A program made the position numbers and the translations under genes. From Candidatus Bathyarchaeota archaeon (lineage in GTDB: Archaea > Thermoproteota > CALKCG01 > B24 > DRYS01): 64,000 nucleotides of DNA. The stretch covers positions 598 to 64,597 of the forward strand of contig JAGTQC010000007.1 in the NCBI GenBank assembly GCA_018396535.1. The letters run 5' to 3'. Shown piece after piece: positions 51,177 through 60,621 of the stretch; position 1 is the first letter of the stretch; every line of letters starts with the position of its first letter. The notes under the pieces were generated by a model that saw nothing but the letters and a program-made list of their open reading frames with translations, was not told the DNA's origin and did no database searches.

Positions 51177-51994
51177 TGGAGAGTGTAACTAGTATATCTA
51201 GGATCTTCTACATGGCTGTCTGGCGCAACCTTATAACTTTAACACGGTATAAAGTAAACCTTCTATTCTCGATTATAACGAGCGCCTTATGGGCTTCAGG
51301 TATGCTACTCTTCTCGCTAGCATTCGATTCTTCGATACTTGGGAGAACAGTTGGGACTACAAACTATGTTGCATTCATAGTCTTCGGAGTAAGTTTCCAA
51401 AGCTGGCAGGGAACAGCGCTTTGGGGTGCATCAAGCATGCTTCAAAGCGAGCTTAGCACTGGACAGATAGACTATACCTTCACATGTCCATTCTCACGTT
51501 ACCGATATATAGTGAGTAACGTAGCTGCTCTAGCAATTCAAGACTCTATATTCTTCCTACCAACATTCTGCGTAGGTCTATGGCTAGCGATTACGACGTT
51601 AACATTTCACGGCCTCCTCTTAGGTTTACTCTCAGTAATACTCTCTGTAGCAGCGCTGGTTCAGTTTGGAGTAATCTTCGCTGCGCTTACACTTAGATAT
51701 AGACAGGTAACAGCAGTATTCAGCTTCTTCAACTTCATCATACAGATGCTCTCAGGGATGTTCATCCCGATACAAATACTCCCAGCTCTACTACAAATCA
51801 TAGGGTTCAGTATTCCAGTAACCTTCGGAATGGATTTGCTAAGACACTATGTAATGGGTACACTTACTATATTCGATCCTATAAACGAATGGATTATACT
51901 CCTAATACAGCTAGCCTTACTCAGTTTGATAGCTAAAATCGTAGTATCCTATCTCGAAGTTAAAGCAAAGGAGAAAGGGCTGCACTATATCTAG
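51173..51994 (+). CDS. ABC-2 type transporter permease
   Basis: 273 aa with 6 TM helices. Translationally coupled to the ATPase by a 4-nt overlap. Confidence 0.7.
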   Translation: MMESVTSISRIFYMAVWRNLITLTRYKVNLLFSIITSALWASGMLLFSLAFDSSILGRTVGTTNYVAFIVFGVSFQSWQGTALWGASSMLQSELSTGQIDYTFTCPFSRYRYIVSNVAALAIQDSIFFLPTFCVGLWLAITTLTFHGLLLGLLSVILSVAALVQFGVIFAALTLRYRQVTAVFSFFNFIIQMLSGMFIPIQILPALLQIIGFSIPVTFGMDLLRHYVMGTLTIFDPINEWIILLIQLALLSLIAKIVVSYLEVKAKEKGLHYI

Positions 51995-52081
51995 TTATAT
52001 CGAGGCTAATCGAAGTAGGAGGTTATGAAATCCTAGGATGAGGGCTTCATAGGGTAGTGGATTCTAAAACAACTATATCCT

Positions 52082-52627
52082 TCACTTTTCTCTAATCGAT
52101 TTAGGTATTCTTATCTCTATAACCCCGTTTTTATACCGGGTTTTCGCTCTATCTATATCAGCCTTTACCGGAAGCTTAACCTCTCTACGATATCTCCCAT
52201 CCAAGGTATCAGCGCTTATAATCAGAGTTTCCCCCTCCTCATAGACTTCTATACCCTCCTCTTCTACACCCGGTAATTCAGCTATGACGTAGATTTCATC
52301 ATTTGTTTCGATTATATCTACGAAAGGCTCCTGATCATCTTCTACAACTGGTTTAATATCGGTCGGCTTAATATCCCTAGACTCGTAGACTTCTACCCTA
52401 CCATCCGGCTTAACCTCTATACGATAACTATAGATGGATGGCTTCCCATCATCTGATATATCACCTACTAGCTTACGCTCTTCTCCACCTCCTTCTGAGG
52501 TTTGGGAGAGGAAGGCTTCGAACTCCTCCTTCATCATCCTCTCTATCTCAGCGAATATCCTATCTATATCTTCGAAGAATCGATGCCTCCTTCTAAACCA
52601 TTCTGGAAGATCTTCTTCAAAGGACAT
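52082..52627 (-). CDS. Hsp20/alpha-crystallin family small heat-shock protein
   Basis: 181 aa. Alpha-crystallin domain pattern (…YVIAELPGVEEEGIEV…R…LPV.ADIDRAKTRYKNGVIEIRIPK). Confidence 0.7.
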   Translation of the reverse strand: MSFEEDLPEWFRRRHRFFEDIDRIFAEIERMMKEEFEAFLSQTSEGGGEERKLVGDISDDGKPSIYSYRIEVKPDGRVEVYESRDIKPTDIKPVVEDDQEPFVDIIETNDEIYVIAELPGVEEEGIEVYEEGETLIISADTLDGRYRREVKLPVKADIDRAKTRYKNGVIEIRIPKSIREK

Positions 52628-52696
52628 CCTCCCATCCTAGCTTAACCGTACAGGATATTTATTTAAAAATTTTACGGTGTATAGATTCTTCTAAGT

Positions 52697-53590
52697 TTAC
52701 CTCAATTTCAGTATCCTAGCTATATTAGCATTAGGATCTATCCTAGGTATTATCTTACCACTCCTAGATGTTAGTAGAGTAGTTACACCCGGTCCATGCC
52801 CTGATATAACGCAGTCTGTATGCACGATTACCCCTATGGTAACAGCTCCTCTAAGATATATGTGGCCGTAGCTACTATCAGCATCCACTATCGCTACTAA
52901 ATCCCCCAATCTTAAATCCTCAAGCCCATACTCTCTAACTACCGATTCATCGAATAGCTGGATATCGTAGTCCCCGGAATATGCTTGATCTACACCGAGA
53001 CCTGAACCCATTATAGATGCTGGTACTATATGTGTTACAGGAAGCTCTATCCTATCACCTATAGGCTTAGGATCCAATGCTTCTAAAAGCTTCGGATCCA
53101 TATTCATAACCTTTATATCAGGGTAATCGATTAATTCTAAACCTACACCGAAAGCTTTTACGAGGATTTTATCACCGATAACCAGCTTCTCTAAAACATC
53201 CTCTGGAAAATCTACGAGTACATGCTCTATACCCCCATGCTTCCCTACCACCACACCCCTAGACCCCTTAGCATCACCAGAAGCTACTATAGCTTCGTTA
53301 CCTATGCATGCTAGAATGTTTAAAGCCATATTAGCTTCATCACTCTCCCTATTCCTAATACTTACACCAGGCTCTACATGATCTGCAGCCCAGCCGATAG
53401 CTGGATCGCCAACCCTAACATTATACGTTATCCCGCCGACACCTGGAAGTACTACAGGTTTACCATCAGATGTTATCCTATATGGGGTTCTACGGAAGAT
53501 AGGGTTTGAAACCTCACCTAAGACCGATACCTTAACAAGCTTATCTAGATTAGTCCTAAGCATACCAGATAGCCTCAGATGATTAACCAT
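52697..53590 (-). CDS. conserved hypothetical protein
   Basis: 297 aa, Gly/Val-rich beta protein. No family assigned with confidence. Confidence 0.4.
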   Translation of the reverse strand: MVNHLRLSGMLRTNLDKLVKVSVLGEVSNPIFRRTPYRITSDGKPVVLPGVGGITYNVRVGDPAIGWAADHVEPGVSIRNRESDEANMALNILACIGNEAIVASGDAKGSRGVVVGKHGGIEHVLVDFPEDVLEKLVIGDKILVKAFGVGLELIDYPDIKVMNMDPKLLEALDPKPIGDRIELPVTHIVPASIMGSGLGVDQAYSGDYDIQLFDESVVREYGLEDLRLGDLVAIVDADSSYGHIYLRGAVTIGVIVHTDCVISGHGPGVTTLLTSRSGKIIPRIDPNANIARILKLR

Positions 53591-53844
53591 CTACTAAACG
53601 ATTTATGTTTTACGATCGATAGATAGAGTTTGTTGAAGAAGTTATAAGATATCTAAGGGTGCTAGGCTCCTATCCAGGATGCTTCATAAAAATCTTTGAA
53701 AGTATATTTTAGAGGGGTGCTATAGAGATCCTCCCATCTAGGTCGAGGTATCCCTCGATTAACTAGTTATAAGTTAGCTTTATCTTTATTCGATTGATCT
53801 ATCGTCGATAGATTGAGTAGATTATTAGCGAGGGTAGATACAGT

Positions 53845-55134
53845 TTGACTGTATGGTTTCCAGAGATAAAGTTTCCTAGAATGGCTTTGATACGTCAGAT
53901 TATCGATTCTCCTAAACTCGATGATTTCGTATCAGAGATAAGACGTGAACTAGGTAGGATAGGATTGAGGAGTATGGTTAAGCCTGGTATGAGAATAGCT
54001 ATTACAGCTGGTAGTCGTGGAATAGCGCATTACCCCGAGATTCTAGCTACGATAGTGGATGAGGTGAGGAAGGCTGGTGGCATCCCCTTCCTAATCCCTG
54101 CTATGGGTAGTCATGGTGGAGCTACTGTTGAAGGTCAATTAGAAGTTTTAAGAGAGCTGGGTATAACCCCTGATAGGGTTGGTGCACCCATACTCGCTAC
54201 TATGGAGGTTGAGGAGGTAGGTAGGATAGATGGAGGTATACCTGTATATGTCGATAAGTATGCTGTCAAAGCTGATGGTATAATAGTTGTCGGACGTGTT
54301 AAACCTCATACAGATTTCAAGGATAGGATAGAGAGTGGGTTGATGAAGATGATGGCTATAGGTCTTGGAAAGCATAAGGGTGCTGAAACTATACATATGT
54401 ATAAATCTGAAGGCTACCATAGGCTAATACCCTTAGCAGCTAGGTTAATCATGGAGAAGCTACCGATACTATTCGGTTTAGCTATAGTCGAGAATGCCTT
54501 CCACGAGATAGCTATAGTGAAAGCTATAGAGCCTAAGGATATAGAGGAGGAGGAAGCTAAGCTTCTAGAGAAGGCTAAGGAGCTCCTCGCTAGGATACCA
54601 TTCAAAGATATCGATGTACTGATAGTCGATGAGATAGGTAAGGATATAAGCGGTGCAGGTATGGATACTAACGTGGTAGGGAGATTCTGGCTTCCAGGTG
54701 AAAGCGATCCGCGTACACCTAGCATAAAGGTTATAGTCGTCCTAGATCTAACAGAGAAGAGTCATGGAAATGCTGTAGGTATAGGATTAGCGGATATAAC
54801 TACGGAGAAGCTTGTTAGAAAGATAGATTATCGATCCACATTCATAAACTCTCTTACCAGCGGTCATACTATAACAGCTAAGATACCTATATTCCTACCG
54901 ACAGATCGAGATGCGGTAGCGGCAGCGTTATACCTATGTAGACCCATCGATCCTAGGGAAGCTAGGGTTGTAAGGATAAAGAATACCTTAGAACTCGAGA
55001 GGATATGGATATCTGAAAGCCTATACGATCTAGTCGTAAAGGATCCGATGTTTAAGGGTAGGATAGAGGTTTTGAAAGAGCCTGAGGATATGGTATTCGA
55101 TGAACATGGAGATATACTTCCGAAACACTACTAG
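53845..55134 (+). CDS. LarA-like / DUF2088 (nickel-dependent lactate racemase N-terminal domain) family protein
   Basis: 429 aa. The N-terminus RIAITAGSRGIAHYPEIL… and the overall length resemble LarA-family proteins. Catalytic residues were not verified. Confidence 0.45.
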   Translation: MTVWFPEIKFPRMALIRQIIDSPKLDDFVSEIRRELGRIGLRSMVKPGMRIAITAGSRGIAHYPEILATIVDEVRKAGGIPFLIPAMGSHGGATVEGQLEVLRELGITPDRVGAPILATMEVEEVGRIDGGIPVYVDKYAVKADGIIVVGRVKPHTDFKDRIESGLMKMMAIGLGKHKGAETIHMYKSEGYHRLIPLAARLIMEKLPILFGLAIVENAFHEIAIVKAIEPKDIEEEEAKLLEKAKELLARIPFKDIDVLIVDEIGKDISGAGMDTNVVGRFWLPGESDPRTPSIKVIVVLDLTEKSHGNAVGIGLADITTEKLVRKIDYRSTFINSLTSGHTITAKIPIFLPTDRDAVAAALYLCRPIDPREARVVRIKNTLELERIWISESLYDLVVKDPMFKGRIEVLKEPEDMVFDEHGDILPKHY

Positions 55135-55156
55135 CACAGTTCTAGAGTATACAGGA

Positions 55157-55365
55157 TGGTGGGGCCGACCGGATTCGAACCGGCGACCTGCGGGTTTACC
55201 CGTGCTCCAGCTTCATCTTCATCCCTTATGGTCTGCAAACCCGCCTATCTAGCACCCTGGAGCCCTTAACGGGGTTCCGGCATACACCTGGAACCCTGCC
55301 GTCCTGCCTCTCCAGTAACCCTACCACTAGTACTAGTGGTAGGGTTAAGGCTGGACTACGGCCCC
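55157..55365 (-). tRNA. tRNA gene with three putative introns (total ~209 nt, CCA encoded); anticodon tentatively TGC (Ala-like)
   Basis: On the minus strand: 5' GGGGCCG-TA-GTCC-AGCC…, and 3' …GCCGG-TTCGAAT-CCGGT-CGGCCCC-A-CCA. Proposed exons give a 74-nt cloverleaf: GGGGCCG TA GTCC AGCCTGGCA GGAC G GCGGG TTTGCAA CCCGC AGGTC T-arm acceptor. Intervening sequences are about 39 nt in the D-loop, about 56 nt near positions 26-30, and about 37 nt at the canonical 37/38 site. The acceptor has G3:C70 rather than the Ala identity pair G3:U70, so the identity call is tentative. Confidence 0.55.
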
Positions 55366-55426
55366 ACCGTATTAGGAGTAGATGCTTCTCTCTCTATTAA
55401 AGTTTTGATAGCCTAGGTTTTCGATA

Positions 55427-55597
55427 CTACCATAGAATCTCTTCTTCAAATCTAGCTTCTAAAGGTAGCTCTCTTAGTATTAGATCTCTTATAGCGAATC
55501 TTATCGCTTCAGCTCTATTAGGGTATAGCTTCAATTCCACTAGTCTATCTAAAGCTTTAATGTATGCTTCAGGTATGTATATACTGACAAGCTTCAT
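55427..55597 (-). CDS. ribbon-helix-helix (CopG/Arc/MetJ-like) small DNA-binding protein; below the ORF-track size cutoff
   Basis: 56 aa, hand-translated: MKLVSIYIPEAYIKALDRLVELKLYPNRAEAIRFAIRDLILRELPLEARFEEEILW. An N-terminal beta-strand followed by two helices, with the NRSEAIR-like motif typical of RHH regulators. Confidence 0.5.
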   Translation of the reverse strand: MKLVSIYIPEAYIKALDRLVELKLYPNRAEAIRFAIRDLILRELPLEARFEEEILW

Positions 55598-55781
55598 ATA
55601 GCAGCACCTCGGTTATCCGGTTACATTTCTAGTAGGTTTATTCTACTGAAAAATGTTGGTAGTTACCCCGTATTACCGTCTAAACATAGGTTTTAAAAAG
55701 CGTAGGTATACCTGTATAGAGGTAGCTTATACTATCCTAGTATCCAATCGATAATCGTATACCCACCCTCTTTTCATCTAT

Positions 55782-57089
55782 CTAGGATAAAACCTCTCCT
55801 AGAAGGTGGTAGGGATAAGCTTCGACTACCCTAACCCTTACTCTATCCCCTAGCTTAATACTATCATCTTTAAGTACTATAGGTTTATACCAGGCGTTCC
55901 TAGCTATCATACTTCCAGGTTTTAAACCCTCCTCATCTACTATTACCTCTCCACTCCACCCCATCCATAGACGTCTATTCCTAGATAGAGCTACCTCCCT
56001 CGCTATATCTGAAGCTATACGGCTACGCTCATCTATAACCTTCGATGGAAGAGGCTTCATCCTAGCAGCTTCAGTCATCGGTCTAGCTCCGAATTTGGAT
56101 ATATTAACTGAATCGAATTCAACCATCCTTATAAGATCTATAGTAGATTGGAAGTCTTCCTCACTCTCCGATGGGAATCCAACTATTATATCAGTAGCTA
56201 TGGATAGCTTATCTACACCACTCCTAAACCTATCCACTATCTCCAAGTACTCCTCTACCGTATACATTCTACGCATAAGCTTCAAAATCCTATTACTACC
56301 AGATTGTACTGGTAGATGTATGAATTTAAAGCATTTATCGCTGGTTAAGCATTCTATAAGATCCTCGATCATAGGCTTCACATAGTATGGGTTCATCATA
56401 CCTATCCTCACGTAGAAATCTCCTTCAAGCGATAGTATACGCTTCAGTAGATCTGTAAGCTTCAATCCTATATCTAATCCGTAGCATGCGTTATCTTGAC
56501 TCGTAATCCATATCTCTCTACAACCATCTGCTATAGCTCTCCTAGCCTCCTCGACTATCATATCGGGGGGATAGCTTACGAGTCTACCTCTAGCTAGCTT
56601 TACCTGGCAGAAGCTGCATGCACTTAAGCATCCCTGAGCCACCTCTACTATACCTACGATAGGATTACGTCTAACCCTAGGTAGACATATATTATAGCCT
56701 TCACGCTCTAGGAATACAGCCCTCCCACCTTCTAAAGCTATCCTTACAGCATCGACTATCCTAGATATAGATGATGGACCTATAAGCGAAGCTCTAGGAT
56801 TCAACCTCTCTATAACACTCCTCTCCACGACTGGCATACATCCAGCTACCACTAGTGGTTTACCCTCCTCCGTAAGCTTAGAGATCCTGTAGATCATCCT
56901 ATGCTCGGTAGGATTCTTAACTATACACGTAACTATCACGTTAACATCAGATCCCCTACTACTAGATACTATACGATAACCAGCTCTAGATAGTAGACCT
57001 TGCATAATCTCTGCTTCAGCTATACTCGAACTACACCCATAAACCTCGAAATAGACGTTAACCATAGCTATCCTATAATCAACCCCCAC
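55782..57089 (-). CDS. tRNA methylthiotransferase (MiaB/MtaB-like radical SAM MTTase with a TRAM domain)
   Basis: 435 aa. N-terminal MTTase domain, radical SAM CLSACSFCQV, C-terminal TRAM-like beta domain (…GDRVRVRVVEAYPYHLLGEV). Confidence 0.75.
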   Translation of the reverse strand: MGVDYRIAMVNVYFEVYGCSSSIAEAEIMQGLLSRAGYRIVSSSRGSDVNVIVTCIVKNPTEHRMIYRISKLTEEGKPLVVAGCMPVVERSVIERLNPRASLIGPSSISRIVDAVRIALEGGRAVFLEREGYNICLPRVRRNPIVGIVEVAQGCLSACSFCQVKLARGRLVSYPPDMIVEEARRAIADGCREIWITSQDNACYGLDIGLKLTDLLKRILSLEGDFYVRIGMMNPYYVKPMIEDLIECLTSDKCFKFIHLPVQSGSNRILKLMRRMYTVEEYLEIVDRFRSGVDKLSIATDIIVGFPSESEEDFQSTIDLIRMVEFDSVNISKFGARPMTEAARMKPLPSKVIDERSRIASDIAREVALSRNRRLWMGWSGEVIVDEEGLKPGSMIARNAWYKPIVLKDDSIKLGDRVRVRVVEAYPYHLLGEVLS

Positions 57090-57357
57090 CTATAGGCGGT
57101 ATGATAGCTAGTATATCCCCATCCCTAACACTGGTAGTCGAAGCCCTAGATCTATCTATACCTACACCGTTTAAGACTAGGTATAGCCTCTCCTCCCTAA
57201 GATTCTCCTCTAGATATCTACGAAATTCTCCGCCAAACCTCTCGCTAAGCTTCTCTACAACATCCTCTACAGTAGATCCATCACCTACCTCTATAGATAC
57301 CTCCCTAGAACCAGCTATCTCCCTAAGCCTAGCGAATAGTCTAACCTTAACCTCCAT
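57079..57357 (-). CDS. MoaD/ThiS-family ubiquitin-like sulfur-carrier protein (SAMP-like)
   Basis: 92 aa with a beta-grasp pattern and a C-terminal diglycine (…IIPPIGGG). Overlaps the MTTase start by 11 nt. Confidence 0.7.
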   Translation of the reverse strand: MEVKVRLFARLREIAGSREVSIEVGDGSTVEDVVEKLSERFGGEFRRYLEENLREERLYLVLNGVGIDRSRASTTSVRDGDILAIIPPIGGG

Positions 57358-57488
57358 ACCGTGATATTATCATCACAGGATCTTAGAGATAAGAGTTTAC
57401 CATACGATAGCCAAGTTTAAGCTAGATATTTATGAAGGAAATATTTTTAGGCTTTTAATCAAGTGTTATCGATTATCCGTGGATAAGC

Positions 57489-60400
57489 ATGCTATCTATA
57501 AGAGAGATAGAGAGGAGGCTCATAGATTTTCTAGCATCATCGTTTATAGATTTCAGATCGATAGATTCTTGGATACATAACGGCTCGAGGATAACCCTCC
57601 CATACTTCCTACGAGTCTCACCGGATGATATACTTAGATTCGAGAATACGTTGAATCTAGATAGTATAGGTGGAGCTAGATGGCTTCTACGCATAGATAT
57701 AACCGGTAATGGTCTACTAATAGTGGATGGCAAACCCTACCAGGGTATAGATAACTATCATCGTATAGCTATACTAGAGCCTGGTATTAGACATATAGCT
57801 CTAGAATCATCATCGCGTAGGTTATTCGGTGAGAATCCATGGATGTTCTCATTCATAGCTTCGAATACATCCGCCGTACTATGGGATGAATTCTCACTAG
57901 CTCTAACCCTCATAGATCTACTATCCCTCTCCCAGAGTTGTAGAGATATAACGCCATACCTATCCAAAGCCGCATCCTACATAGATCTAGCACCTAGCGT
58001 ATCGCAGTTATACGCTCTAGCTAGAACACTCTACGGATTCCTATTCATAGAAGGATCACCAGAGTATAGCGCGTTAAGATGGGATGTAGGCTATATAGCA
58101 TCAGTATATGGTGAAAAGGTTATCGATGGAACGCTAGAGGATATACCAAAGCCTAGTATCGACGAGGTACGTGAAACTGGGAGGAGTGTATTAGAAGCTT
58201 TAAACGATATACTCGTAGATGATGATAGGGATGGAGCTATCTACCTATTCGGTCATAGCCATATAGATACAGCTTGGCTCTGGCCATTCAGCGAGACTAA
58301 GAGGAAGATTAAGAGAACATTCTCAACCATAGCTAGATTAGCTAGCCTAGGCTATAGGTTCACATATGTTCAGAGCGGGGCTCAAAACTATCGATGGATA
58401 GAGGATGATGAAGCTCTATTCGATACGGTGAAGAGGATGGTGGAGGATGGTTTATGGCTTCCTGTAGGCGGTATGTGGGTTGAATCAGATACACAGCTAA
58501 TCTCAGGTGAATCCCTAGCTAGACAATTCCTATACGGGCAGAGGTATTTCGAAGAGAAGTTTGGTAGAAGGTGTAGGATAGGATGGCTTCCAGATAGCTT
58601 CGGATTCTCAGCTCAGCTACCTCAGGTTATGCGTAAGAGTGGTATCGAGATATTCGTTACACATAAGGTTATGTGGAACGATACTAATGAATTCCCCTAT
58701 CATGCATTCATATGGGAGGGTCTTGATGGGAGTAGAGTATTAGGTCATATAATAGTATCATCATATAACGGTATCGTAACGGCTTCAGAGCTCTACAATA
58801 TGTGGAGTAGGTATAAGCAGAAGGGTATAGCACCTGCAGTATACTCCTATGGCTATGGTGATGGTGGTGGCGGACCGACCTTCACTATGCTAGAGAGGTT
58901 GAAGATATTGAAGAAGTTGAGATTCCTACCTAGACTTATCGATTCCCCGAGTGAGGATGAGTATATAGAAGCTTTAAGAAGGGTTGGAGAATCCCTACCT
59001 GTATGGAGGGGTGAGATATACAACGAGTATCATAGAGGAGTCTATACTACGAATATACGTATTAAACAGCTTATGAGTAGAGCTGAATGCGAAGCTATAT
59101 GGGCTGAAACAGTATCTACCATAGCTGATATACTAGGGGTAGCAGTATACCCATACATAGAGGTTAAGGATGCATGGGAGAGGATACTTAGATGCCAATT
59201 CCACGATGTACTCCCAGGCTCATCGAATAGGGAAGTTTACGAAGAAGCCTACGATGATCTAGGTAGAGCTTTAGAGAATCTATCTAGGATAACAGAATCC
59301 TCGCTTATGAGTATAGCTAATTCTATAGATGCTAGAACTGGCTGTATAATAGTTTTCAATCGTCTACCATGGATGGTTAAAGCTATCCTAGAGCTTCCTA
59401 AATCCTTCTACGAAACCTACGATGGTAAGCCTGTGGATACGCAGTTAATGGATAACTATTCTATAATCCTAGTAGATATACCGCCGCTAGGATATACTAC
59501 CCTAATACCTGTAGAGAAAGGCTCTACGGCTAGCGGTGTTATAGTAGAGGAGGTATCCGACGGCGTTATCCTAGAGAACGATTACCTAAAGGTTAAGATA
59601 GATCGTGAAGGATATATCGAGAGTATATACGATAAGGAGCTTAGAGAAGAGTTTCTCTCAGATATAAGTAACGTTATCGAGATTCATGTAGATAAGCCTG
59701 GACGCTTCGATGCATGGGATATAGAGAAGACAGCTGTAGAAGCTCATGGTGTAAAACCAGAGGTGGTGGAGGGTGCTAGTATAGTTATGAAGGGTCCGAT
59801 AGCTGCTAGGGTTAGGAGCCGGTATAGGTATAGAAGCTCCACCATAGATCAGTATATAACGATGTATAAGGGTTCTAGACTTATAAGAGTGGATGTGGAG
59901 ATGGATTGGTGTGAGAAGAATCGTCTAGTTAAAGTATGGTTTAAACCAGATGTGAAAACTGATCATGCATACTTCGAGATACCATTCGGCGTAGTCGAGA
60001 GATCTGCTATAATAAGAGATTCTCGTGATGAAGCTATGTTCGAAGTACCTGCGCTTAGATGGATGGATATATCAGATGGATGTAAAGGTTTAGCTATAAT
60101 ATCCCCGGATAGGCATGGATATACTGTTAGAGATGGTAGGATAGGTTTAAGCCTAGTTAAATCACCATCCATGCCTAACCCATGGTCTGATCTAGGATTC
60201 ATAAAAGCTACATACTATGTATACCCGCATCAAGGTGATTATAGAGTTGGGGAGGTTTATAAGAGAGCATACGAGGTTTGGAGTGGAGCTAGATGGGTTA
60301 CTAAGGATAGTATTGGAGGATTCCTACCACCTACAGGTAGCTTCATAGAGGTTCCGAATGGTGTTGTAATAGAGTGTATTAAACTTAGCGAGGATAGGAG

Positions 60401-60596
60401 GGGTATCGTAGTTAGATTATACGAAGTAGATGGTAGTGGGAAGAGCTTCGATCTAAAATTACCCGGATACTTCGATATATACGAATCGAATATACTAGAG
60501 GATATAGTGGAGAGGATAGCTACGAATAAGGATACTGTAAACCTAAGGTTTAAGCCATTCGAAGTGAAAACTATAGTATTATCGAGAAGCTTCTAG
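57489..60596 (+). CDS. family 38 glycoside hydrolase, alpha-mannosidase
   Basis: 1035 aa. The GH38 catalytic region includes HSHIDTAWLW plus the conserved central and C-terminal beta domains. Confidence 0.85.
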   Translation: MLSIREIERRLIDFLASSFIDFRSIDSWIHNGSRITLPYFLRVSPDDILRFENTLNLDSIGGARWLLRIDITGNGLLIVDGKPYQGIDNYHRIAILEPGIRHIALESSSRRLFGENPWMFSFIASNTSAVLWDEFSLALTLIDLLSLSQSCRDITPYLSKAASYIDLAPSVSQLYALARTLYGFLFIEGSPEYSALRWDVGYIASVYGEKVIDGTLEDIPKPSIDEVRETGRSVLEALNDILVDDDRDGAIYLFGHSHIDTAWLWPFSETKRKIKRTFSTIARLASLGYRFTYVQSGAQNYRWIEDDEALFDTVKRMVEDGLWLPVGGMWVESDTQLISGESLARQFLYGQRYFEEKFGRRCRIGWLPDSFGFSAQLPQVMRKSGIEIFVTHKVMWNDTNEFPYHAFIWEGLDGSRVLGHIIVSSYNGIVTASELYNMWSRYKQKGIAPAVYSYGYGDGGGGPTFTMLERLKILKKLRFLPRLIDSPSEDEYIEALRRVGESLPVWRGEIYNEYHRGVYTTNIRIKQLMSRAECEAIWAETVSTIADILGVAVYPYIEVKDAWERILRCQFHDVLPGSSNREVYEEAYDDLGRALENLSRITESSLMSIANSIDARTGCIIVFNRLPWMVKAILELPKSFYETYDGKPVDTQLMDNYSIILVDIPPLGYTTLIPVEKGSTASGVIVEEVSDGVILENDYLKVKIDREGYIESIYDKELREEFLSDISNVIEIHVDKPGRFDAWDIEKTAVEAHGVKPEVVEGASIVMKGPIAARVRSRYRYRSSTIDQYITMYKGSRLIRVDVEMDWCEKNRLVKVWFKPDVKTDHAYFEIPFGVVERSAIIRDSRDEAMFEVPALRWMDISDGCKGLAIISPDRHGYTVRDGRIGLSLVKSPSMPNPWSDLGFIKATYYVYPHQGDYRVGEVYKRAYEVWSGARWVTKDSIGGFLPPTGSFIEVPNGVVIECIKLSEDRRGIVVRLYEVDGSGKSFDLKLPGYFDIYESNILEDIVERIATNKDTVNLRFKPFEVKTIVLSRSF

Positions 60597-60621
60597 CATA
60601 TATCCCGTCGATCCCCTCCTA

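Noticed and set aside
54148-54725. Two minus-strand ORFs of 90 and 103 aa
   Set aside because: Antisense to the LarA-like gene. Low-complexity, Ser-rich composition.
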